Assembly: GCA_038534095.1 (NCBI GenBank)
Contig: JBCAXK010000037.1
Location: 1-15,746, forward strand
Reading direction: 5' to 3'
Source of the DNA: Chlamydiota bacterium
GTDB lineage: Bacteria; Chlamydiota; Chlamydiia; Chlamydiales; SM23-39
DNA: 15,746 bases
This document shows, piece after piece, positions 1 through 7,123 of this stretch (the first letter of the stretch is position 1; every line of letters begins with the position of its first letter). A program made the position numbers and the translations under genes. Under the pieces are notes generated by a model. That model ran no database searches and was not told the DNA's origin. It worked only from the letters and a program-made list of their open reading frames with translations.

Positions 1-2
1 AC

Positions 3-149
3 CATTCCCCAGACAATATGTCTTTAGCTAGGAAGTGGGCTTTAAATATTCTTCGGGAAGTACAAGGAAAAAAAAGTATAAAGCGAACCCAAAACCGCTT
101 CTGTATGAATGGAAATCACCTTGAAGAAGTTTTTTGCAAGGAAATTTAA
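3..149 (+). CDS. ISAs1-family (H-repeat-associated) DDE transposase, C-terminal fragment (5' partial)
   Basis: Manual translation: HSPDNMSLARKWALNILREVQGKKSIKRTQNRFCMNGNHLEEVFCKEI* (TAA 147-149). This fits the ISAs1 C-terminal pattern 'AxENxxxLRxxALNLLR...KxSIKxKR...WxxxYLxxVL'. It is absent from the ORF track because the start lies outside the window. Confidence 0.8.
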   Translation, partial: HSPDNMSLARKWALNILREVQGKKSIKRTQNRFCMNGNHLEEVFCKEI

Positions 150-163
150 ATGCGATCGCCCTG
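146..163 (+). repeat. Right terminal inverted repeat of the ISAs1-family element
   Basis: TTAAATGCGATCGCCCTG overlaps the transposase stop codon and ends in GCCCTG. The partner left IR lies outside the window, so the exact length cannot be confirmed. Confidence 0.7.
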
Positions 164-382
164 GAAACAAGACAATTCTTTCTTGCGAAAAAAACGTTCC
201 GGAGTAAAATACTTCTTTTTTACCAGAGAATTTTTGCAAAAAAGTGCCCTGTGTTTAGTAGGTGTTTTAAGACCCAAAGTACACTTTTCTGCTTCTTGCA
301 AATTTTGGCTAAAGGAATGGAATGTGCTTGCAATAATGCAAAGTACAATCACAAATAAAATGACTACGGAGGTTAAGACTTT

Positions 383-1147
383 ATGGGTGCAGTAGCAAAT
401 ACATTGAACAACGCCTGGTCTTACATTTTAATGACATCTAACAAAATAGATCCAGGTAACATTGATGTTACTCTACCTAAAACCAGTGGAGATAAATCGT
501 TAATCTTTGAAATTAATAAAACATTTCAAAATAATTATGCGAAAAATACTGAGTATAAAGCTAAGATTTCTTTGGACGATAGAGATATCGTATTGAAAAT
601 CAACAGCGAAAATGATGAGATTACTCGTTTCTGGAAGAAATTAGCAGTTAGAGTTACCCGACGCTTTCAACAAGATCGGAACACAAACCCGTATAATCGG
701 GCTTCGAACGTCGGACCATTTTCTGTTCCAGGTGAGGAGAAAGGTGCAGGTGCTCCCCGTTCGAACACAAGCCTCAAAAAGAAAATCGATAACTGTGTCC
801 ACGCTTTTTTCCGGGAAGGGATCATGGACGGTTTTCCAGTAAAGCAGTTGAGCTATACTACTAAAGGGAATGAAAGCTCTATACATTGTAGGAATGTAGG
901 CAATGAGCCATTACCTAGCATTTTCGAGAAAGTGGTGACGAGTAACATTCGCCAATTCGTTACAGGGGCTAATGTCTCCATTCACTATACAGATTCTTCT
1001 AAAAAAAAATTTACTATTCAGGTAACAGAAGAAGCTGAGGAAGAAAAGGGGAGTTCAAATCAAAATACAGAGGGGGTGGTGGATACACCCGAGGACTCAT
1101 CAAAAAATTTCCATAGAGTGTTCGTGTTTGGAGATTTCGATCTTTGA
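383..1147 (+). CDS. Hypothetical protein, 254 aa, with an acidic low-complexity tail ending in FGDFDL (possible secreted effector)
   Basis: Long ORF; GGAGG Shine-Dalgarno at 368-372 before the ATG; AT-rich; no recognisable domain. Confidence 0.8.
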   Translation: MGAVANTLNNAWSYILMTSNKIDPGNIDVTLPKTSGDKSLIFEINKTFQNNYAKNTEYKAKISLDDRDIVLKINSENDEITRFWKKLAVRVTRRFQQDRNTNPYNRASNVGPFSVPGEEKGAGAPRSNTSLKKKIDNCVHAFFREGIMDGFPVKQLSYTTKGNESSIHCRNVGNEPLPSIFEKVVTSNIRQFVTGANVSIHYTDSSKKKFTIQVTEEAEEEKGSSNQNTEGVVDTPEDSSKNFHRVFVFGDFDL

Positions 1148-1231
1148 TGAAAGAAAGAGTTTTTTTGGATTTTTGAAGGAACAAAACCTCTCCTCTTTTT
1201 TAGCATTCTTCTATTTGTTAAAATAGGTTGT

Positions 1232-2029
1232 ATGAAAGATTTGCTCAGAAATATTTGTTTTTTTTTCTTAGGTGCAATGATATTGATCCTACCCGCTTGC
1301 TCTCCTTGTTATCTTGGTAGGGAAGTTTGTGGGGTCGATGAATTTGTGATGGACTCTTACCAAGTTCAAGAGGGAAAGGTTGCCATTTTATCGTTGCAAG
1401 GAAAGGAAACCCAGCCTTTGAAGGAAGCGCTTTTAGAAAGAACGAGCTATCAGAATGGGTTTGTGGAGCTTGCGGGACTTGTAGAGGAACATGAGGTTCC
1501 TGTAGATGGGTCTATTGGCCTTTTTTCTGTGCTAGCGAAAGCGCGCATCTCGAGCGAAGCAAATCTGTTTAAGAGTTATGTCTCTAGACAAGGTGAACGC
1601 TTACCTGTAGACTTCTACCGCCTTTTGGTGGAAGGGGATATGTCGCAAAATATTTTGATGCAAGCGAGCGATAAAGTCTATGTGGCCGATCCTTACTCAG
1701 CGCACATCACCCTTCTTGGGGAAGTAGCATTAGAACAAAGAATCCCTGTGCCATCGGGGTTTCTTTCGCTAAGAGAGGCGATTGCGCAGGCTGGAGGGAT
1801 TCGCTTTACAGGGGATACCTCCTACATTCAAGTTATTCGGGGGGATAGCCCCGAGCCGAAAATCTACCGTTTGAATTGGGAGCATATACTCCATCTTCCT
1901 GAGAAAAGTCTTTTGTTGATCCCAGGAGATATTGTCTACGTAAGCTCTACCCCAATTGCAGAATGGCACCGTTTTTTATCCCAGCTTGTACCCAGTTTTT
2001 TTTCAGGAGAAGCTAGGACAAAACCGTAA
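1232..2029 (+). CDS. wza: Wza-like polysaccharide export outer-membrane lipoprotein (SLBB domains), short form
   Basis: Signal peptide with lipobox LPA|C (Cys23). SLBB-type motifs VELAGLV, LLGEV, LSLREAIAQAGG and LIPGDIVYV. C-terminal TPIAEWHRFLSQLVPS matches the Wza amphipathic D4 helix (APLVRWNRVISQLVPT in E. coli K30 Wza). Confidence 0.8.
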   Translation: MKDLLRNICFFFLGAMILILPACSPCYLGREVCGVDEFVMDSYQVQEGKVAILSLQGKETQPLKEALLERTSYQNGFVELAGLVEEHEVPVDGSIGLFSVLAKARISSEANLFKSYVSRQGERLPVDFYRLLVEGDMSQNILMQASDKVYVADPYSAHITLLGEVALEQRIPVPSGFLSLREAIAQAGGIRFTGDTSYIQVIRGDSPEPKIYRLNWEHILHLPEKSLLLIPGDIVYVSSTPIAEWHRFLSQLVPSFFSGEARTKP

Positions 2030-2041
2030 GAAGGATCCTGC

Positions 2042-2069
2042 TTGCAAAAAATAGGAATGTTGCTATGGT
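2042..2069 (+). promoter_or_regulatory. Possible sigma66/sigma70 promoter for the 2134 ORF
   Basis: TTGCAA-N16-TATGGT with an extended -10 TG at 2061-2062. Confidence 0.3.
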
Positions 2070-2133
2070 GTAAATGAGGTGTGGAGCCTTTTCCTATGAC
2101 AGGAATTTGCTCTGGAAATCGGTGTAGGTATTT

Positions 2134-2769
2134 ATGATTCGGAAGAATGTTTTGATCACAAAAGGATCCCATCCTTTTGCTCTTTCTCTTGCAGAAAGCC
2201 TTCTCCGTTTGGGTCATAGAGTCACTCTTCTCGATACTTTTCTTGAAGAGAAAAGCTCGATGGCTCATTTGCAAAACTACCCAGCCTTCCGTTTCCTTTT
2301 GCACGATATTTCTTGCGCGCTTTATGTGGATGTGGATGAAATTTATGACTTTTCCCATTACGCTCCCGAGGAAACTAGCTCGATGATTGCTTCGATGAAA
2401 GCGGTGGTCTTTGGATCCTTTCATCTTCTGTCTTTAGCCAAAAGGTCGAAAGCAAAATGCTTGTTTGTCCAAACTTTGGCTCGCTCGGAAAAGGGGGTCG
2501 AACAAGCAAAAATCTTTGCGAGGGCGTTTTGTTCCGAGTTTCAAAAGGAAGGCGTTTTAGCAAAAGTGGCGCAAGTCTCTTCAGAGGATGCGAGCAAGAT
2601 CGATGCTCATTTAGAAACTAGGAAAAAGACCAAAGAGGGCGATCTCTTTTTTGAGGAGGTGTTGCTCCGTATGATGGGGATGATGGAAAGCCAAGATTTC
2701 CTAAATAAAGACACCTTGATCCTGGATCAATGCCGCTTTTCAGAAGAGGAAGTGCCCGTTTTGGGGTAG
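2134..2769 (+). CDS. Degenerate UDP-glucuronate decarboxylase (UXS)-like extended SDR; probable pseudo-enzyme or decaying gene
   Basis: Collinear with UXS-family sequence: LLRLGHRVTLLDTF ~ LLxxGHEVICLDNF; FLLHDI...VDVDEIY ~ LIRHDV...VEVDQIY; GSFHLLSLAKRSKAK ~ GTLNMLGLAKRVKAR. The TGGAGFIG motif reads TKGSHPFA and the YxxxK motif reads VEQAK. 211 aa versus ~310 aa typical. Confidence 0.7.
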   Translation: MIRKNVLITKGSHPFALSLAESLLRLGHRVTLLDTFLEEKSSMAHLQNYPAFRFLLHDISCALYVDVDEIYDFSHYAPEETSSMIASMKAVVFGSFHLLSLAKRSKAKCLFVQTLARSEKGVEQAKIFARAFCSEFQKEGVLAKVAQVSSEDASKIDAHLETRKKTKEGDLFFEEVLLRMMGMMESQDFLNKDTLILDQCRFSEEEVPVLG

Positions 2770-5700
2770 AGTTCTCGGTACTTTTCTACCATTTTAAACG
2801 CTAGAGGAACTCCCTCTTTCCCCGCGTCTCCAAAGCGGAGAAAGACAATCACGACTAATTCTGGTTTTTCCCACTGTTCACCTGTTTCTTCGAAGCTGAG
2901 GCAACCAAACCAAATATCTTTGTAAATTTCTGGCTTTGCAGAAGGATGGACGCTAGAAAAATGGGACACTTCGGCTGTAGAGGTCTTCCCAATCAAAGAG
3001 GAACTACTTTCTTTATACCGTTTTTTGAGTAGGGGCTCTTTCCGAAAGCCTTTGATCACTTCTCCGCGCGCGCTCCCTTTTTTGCTGCCGACCACTTTCC
3101 CAAGAGCTGTATAGAGGTACTGTTTCACAATCGGAGGAAGAAAGAGTTTTTGTTTACAATGCTTTCCTCCATAGGGCTGATCCCCGAGTTTTCGTACGAT
3201 ACGTGGCTGTAATACCTCTCCGTTAGCAAAGGCTCCAAACATGCAAGCTGTTTGCAGCGCGCTTACGCTTAAGGTGTGCTGCCCAATAGCAAAAGAGTAG
3301 AGACCTGTAGTATTGGCCCGAAGATCATCGGGCAAATGCCCCCGAATTTCTCCTGGCAATTCGATGCCAGTTTTTTCTCCAAAACTGAGCGCCCGACTTG
3401 CGCACAAAAGGTCGAGCGGACTATCGAGATACTTTTTTGCAAGAAGGGCAAAGTAGGGGTTGCTCGATTGCTCTAAGGCTCCCATGAGATCAACTTTACC
3501 AATCCCATTTTTGTGCGATTTTGGAAGCCTACCTCCCTGGTAGTAACGGGTAAGTGGCTTTTTGCTTGCATCATAACCCACAATCATAGCGCTCTTTTTT
3601 TGCGCCGTTTGGATGTAGCGGATTTGGTCGGTGATGGTCAAAGGGCTCATCGAAGAAAAATCGGTGGGGCGTTCCCGCATTTTTTTACAAAGCGCGCTAT
3701 AAGACACAACGATTTTGAAAATCGATCCTAAGGTGAGGTTTTCCCGGTAAGCGTAGGATCTTGTAAATCCAAAACCGGTGAACGGGTAAAAGGCAGATGC
3801 TAAATGTTTTTCTTGTTTGGCGCCTTTTTTCCCCCTCACGTGGGCAGATTGGGCGTAAAGAGGCCTTGTAAGATCATGGTATGATCGGAAGGTGCGTAAA
3901 CATTCTTTGAATAGAGGAAATGGGAGTTTTTTTCCGATCTTTCTTAAAGATAGGAAAAGAGAAAAATAAGGATCTTGTTTTTTTAACCAGAGCAAGTAGG
4001 AGCAGTAGGGGTGGAGCTCTTCTTCTTGTAGAGGAGTTTCTTGCACGTAAGAAGCGATGAGAGGCAATCTTACTTTGTTCCAAAAATCGGCGAATAGAGC
4101 AGCCTCTTTTTCTTCCAAAAGATCGATGTAGGGTTTAGGAGAGCGTTTTTGCTGCTTTTCTTCTAGTCGTCGTTTACGTAAGAACGTTTTTCCCTGTTTT
4201 TGTCTCCAAGGTAAGAAGGTGATTTCATGAAAAAGCGCTTTTGCTTCTTTTTTTAACGCCGCTTCGAGCTGTTTTTCCTCTTGCCATAACGCAAAGTAGT
4301 TTGAGAGGGTCATGTTTCCGATCGAGCAGATAAGCTCGTTAGAAAAACTGGGGCTATGGACGCAAAGGCGCGCGAGATCGAGCAGAAAGAGCTTATCTCG
4401 GTAATCAAAGACTTTATCCCAAAAAGACCATTTTTCTCGGAAATGGACTGCTTTTTTTAGGAAGAGGGGAGACACCGCATCGTTCACAGAACTTTCCGCG
4501 GCATTTTGCGGGTAAAGAACAGCAAAAAGATCCCCCATCGTTTTTTCCCCCGAATGAAATAAAAGAGCTGCTGCGTCCTCTTGCAATGCGATCGCATCTT
4601 TGACACTTGTTAAAGAAAGAGCCGCCTCTTTCACGCTTCCATCTAGAATCAACGAGAGAAATTGCTCCCAAGAAAAGGTCATGGTCTCTTCATAAAACCC
4701 CCGCTCTTTATGGAACCTTTCTCGAACGAGTTGCTTTTTTCCTTCCCAAATATGGCTCAAATGGAGATCAGATTCGAGCCACGTATGTAAGTTTTTTCTT
4801 TTTTCAGAAGAGGAAAACACATTTTGTGATCGTATGTAGTCGTTTGGATCAAATCTAGGGTAGGAAGCAAGCGCAAGAATTTCCCCTGTATTAGGATCAA
4901 GCGCAACAATCGCGCCTCCTTTGATCCAGGGTTGCTTTTGGAGTAGGCGCTTTTGTTTTTGCACGTAGCTTCTCCCATCTCTTGTTTTTTCATCTTCTGC
5001 TAGGAGCTCTTCAGCATATAGCTGTAGAGGAAGAGAAATGTTGAGGGTTAGATTCTTTCCAGGGAGAGAAGGCTCACTTGCGATTTCTTGTAGAAAATTG
5101 CCTTTTGCTCCCACTTCGTACGTTTTTTTGCCGATAAAGCCTCGAAGATCCTTTTCAAATTGTTTTTCGATGCCAATTTTTCCGACAAAGTCGCGGGAAG
5201 CGTAGCCCCGCTTTTCCCGCTCTTGTTGCCTCTTTTCTAGGGCTGCGAGGCTTGCGATCCCTGGCGGGAGGTCAACGCAAGCTCCCTCTTGAGCGTTAGC
5301 TAGTAGGTCTTTCTCTTCCTGTTGTTCTTTTTGGATTTTTTTGAAAAAAGAGGGGGCAATAGCGCCCATATGTCCCAAAATTGCGCAGGCGACTTTCCCA
5401 TGGGGATAATGACGCTCTGAGGTGATTTCTGGGGTGAGGCCAGGCAAGTCCCGTTGCATCATCCGGAGCTGGTAGTATTGCTTTTCCGATAAATTTTTTT
5501 GCAAAACGTAGGGACTATGCGGGAACAGGGAGGCTTTTGCGTGAATTTCATCTTCGATTCTCCTCCAAGGAAGATCGAGCACTTCTGCTAGCTGTTTTGC
5601 TAGGGTTTCAATATAGGTTTTTCTTGGATAGATCCGCTTTTTCCCTGCCGTTTTTTGGGAAATCCACCGCACTCTTGGGATTTGCAGGATTTCTCCATAG

Positions 5701-5933
5701 TAAATACTTGCTTGATACATCATCCGATTGATCGCAAGAGGCTTCCCATCCCGGTCATGAATTTCCCCCCTTTGGGGTTTTTCAATCATGAACCGCTTTC
5801 TTGGAGCTAGCGCTTTTCTCTGGTAAAGTTCTTTTTCGACGACGCTGAGTTGCCAAGCTCGCAGCGACAAAAGAAAAAAGAGTAGTAAAATTCCCTTCAA
5901 TACTCGGCGGGCTTTTTCTCCAAGATAATCCAC
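2727..5933 (-). CDS. mrdA: Penicillin-binding protein 2 (class B PBP, chlamydial long form)
   Basis: N-terminal TM anchor; dimerisation-domain motifs RGEIHDRDG, RHYPHG and GKIGIEKQFE; GAIVALDPNTGEILALASYP; catalytic motifs SIFK (SxxK), SSN (SxN) and KTST. A large insertion within the transpeptidase domain matches chlamydial PBP2. Start placed at GTG 5933 (MDYLGEKARR...); the ORF track extends to a TTG at 5993. Confidence 0.93.
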   Translation of the reverse strand: MDYLGEKARRVLKGILLLFFLLSLRAWQLSVVEKELYQRKALAPRKRFMIEKPQRGEIHDRDGKPLAINRMMYQASIYYGEILQIPRVRWISQKTAGKKRIYPRKTYIETLAKQLAEVLDLPWRRIEDEIHAKASLFPHSPYVLQKNLSEKQYYQLRMMQRDLPGLTPEITSERHYPHGKVACAILGHMGAIAPSFFKKIQKEQQEEKDLLANAQEGACVDLPPGIASLAALEKRQQEREKRGYASRDFVGKIGIEKQFEKDLRGFIGKKTYEVGAKGNFLQEIASEPSLPGKNLTLNISLPLQLYAEELLAEDEKTRDGRSYVQKQKRLLQKQPWIKGGAIVALDPNTGEILALASYPRFDPNDYIRSQNVFSSSEKRKNLHTWLESDLHLSHIWEGKKQLVRERFHKERGFYEETMTFSWEQFLSLILDGSVKEAALSLTSVKDAIALQEDAAALLFHSGEKTMGDLFAVLYPQNAAESSVNDAVSPLFLKKAVHFREKWSFWDKVFDYRDKLFLLDLARLCVHSPSFSNELICSIGNMTLSNYFALWQEEKQLEAALKKEAKALFHEITFLPWRQKQGKTFLRKRRLEEKQQKRSPKPYIDLLEEKEAALFADFWNKVRLPLIASYVQETPLQEEELHPYCSYLLWLKKQDPYFSLFLSLRKIGKKLPFPLFKECLRTFRSYHDLTRPLYAQSAHVRGKKGAKQEKHLASAFYPFTGFGFTRSYAYRENLTLGSIFKIVVSYSALCKKMRERPTDFSSMSPLTITDQIRYIQTAQKKSAMIVGYDASKKPLTRYYQGGRLPKSHKNGIGKVDLMGALEQSSNPYFALLAKKYLDSPLDLLCASRALSFGEKTGIELPGEIRGHLPDDLRANTTGLYSFAIGQHTLSVSALQTACMFGAFANGEVLQPRIVRKLGDQPYGGKHCKQKLFLPPIVKQYLYTALGKVVGSKKGSARGEVIKGFRKEPLLKKRYKESSSSLIGKTSTAEVSHFSSVHPSAKPEIYKDIWFGCLSFEETGEQWEKPELVVIVFLRFGDAGKEGVPLAFKMVEKYRELYPKTGTSSSEKRH

Positions 5934-6241
5934 AATAATTCCGGGCGAATCGGTTAGTCTATGATTTTGGCAAAGAATCTCATAGTAAAACAATCTGCAT
6001 ATTTTCCTTGGAAAAAAACGATTTTTTTAGGAAAATGGGTATTCGAATATTTATAAGAGTCTCTTATATCATTCGTTTTGATGGTAAAATTTGAGGAGAT
6101 GTTTCAAAACGCTCCTCATAGAAGTAAAAAATCATCCCCTTAATAGAATTTTTAGAAAACCGCAGTGTTTTTGTGAAAAAGGGGTTTTTGCCAAAATTCG
6201 CATGTTCAGGAGGCTCATTGCGAGCATGGATTTTAATTTTT

Positions 6242-6312
6242 GCGCCTGTAGTTCAATGGTAGAACAGTAGCCTTCCAAGCTACGAGTGTCAGTTCGATTC
6301 TGATCAGGCGCT
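6242..6312 (+). tRNA. tRNA-Gly (TCC)
   Basis: Cloverleaf: acceptor GCGCCTG/CAGGCGC; D-arm GTTC/GAAC; anticodon arm GTAGC-CT TCC AA-GCTAC; T-arm GTCAG-TTCGATT-CTGAT; discriminator T. CCA not encoded. Confidence 0.97.
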
Positions 6313-6343
6313 ACAGATATGGTCATAGCCTAAAGGAGATACA

Positions 6344-7123
6344 TTGTCGTCACAACAGTCAGAAAAACAGGGTGTCACGATTCAACAATTGCTTGAGTCG
6401 GGAGCACATTTTGGGCATCAGAAAAAGCGTTGGAACCCAAAGATGCGCCGGTTCATTCTTGAAGAAAGAAATGGCATTTACATCATCAACCTAGCCAAAA
6501 CCATGCAACAAATTCGTGATGCCAACCAGGTTGTCATCGATGTTGTTGCGAAACACAAATCCATTTTATTTGTAGGAACAAAGAAACAGGCCAAAGCAGC
6601 CATTGAGCAGTTTGCGCAAGAAGCTGAAGAGTTCTACGTTTCTGAAAGGTGGCTCGGAGGGATGTTGACCAATCTGACTACAATTCGTAAGTCGGTCAAA
6701 AAGCTAGAAAGAATTGAAAAAATCATCAGCGCTGGATCCGAAGGTTTGAAGAAAAAAGAGATTGCTCGCTTGCAAAAAGAGCAGCAAAAACTTGAAAGAA
6801 ACCTCGCTGGAATTCGCGCGATGCGCAAACCTCCAGGGCTTGTCGTTGTCGTTGATCCTAATAAAGAGCATATTGCTGTTGCTGAAGCGAAGAAACTTGG
6901 TATTCCTGTCATGGCGATTGTCGATACAAACTGTGACCCCGATCCCATCGATTATGTCATTGCTTGTAATGATGATGCTCTGAAGAGCATCAAAGTGGTT
7001 CTCCATTCACTCATGCGAGCCATTGTGTCCAAAAAAGCAGAAATGCAAACAGCAACGAAAAAAGTGGAAAAAAAGCCCACGACTCTTGAAGAGGAAACAG
7101 GAAAAGAGGAAAACCATGGTTAG
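6344..7123 (+). CDS. rpsB: 30S ribosomal protein S2
   Basis: Motifs LLESGAHFGHQ..RWNPKM, FVGTKKQA, RWLGGMLTN and DTNCDPD..DYVIACNDDA. TTG start with AAGGAG SD at 6333-6338. Confidence 0.99.
   Translation: MSSQQSEKQGVTIQQLLESGAHFGHQKKRWNPKMRRFILEERNGIYIINLAKTMQQIRDANQVVIDVVAKHKSILFVGTKKQAKAAIEQFAQEAEEFYVSERWLGGMLTNLTTIRKSVKKLERIEKIISAGSEGLKKKEIARLQKEQQKLERNLAGIRAMRKPPGLVVVVDPNKEHIAVAEAKKLGIPVMAIVDTNCDPDPIDYVIACNDDALKSIKVVLHSLMRAIVSKKAEMQTATKKVEKKPTTLEEETGKEENHG

Larger units (their letters stand above)
1..163 (+). mobile_element. Right end of an ISAs1-family insertion sequence (truncated by the window edge)
   Basis: Transposase C-terminus in frame 3 is followed immediately by the terminus ...ATGCGATCGCCCTG, whose reverse complement starts CAGGGC, as typical of ISAs1-family inverted repeats. 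Confidence 0.82.

Noticed and set aside
42..395. Four short ORFs (42..239, 134..358, 146..352, 150..395)
   Set aside because: They span the IS end and an AT-rich spacer, have Phe/Lys-rich composition typical of non-coding DNA, and lack convincing SD sites.
3700..4850. Large insertion within the PBP2 transpeptidase domain as a possible intein or novel domain
   Set aside because: No intein termini or homing-endonuclease motifs; the long form is the normal chlamydial PBP2 architecture.
3269..5731. Many 60-85-aa ORFs inside or antisense to pbp2
   Set aside because: Shadow ORFs of a well-supported gene, with no motifs. The same applies to those within rpsB, tsf, frr, the methyltransferase, the 553-aa gene and bcs1.
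6132..6326. 64-aa minus-strand ORF
   Set aside because: It is the antisense reading of tRNA-Gly.
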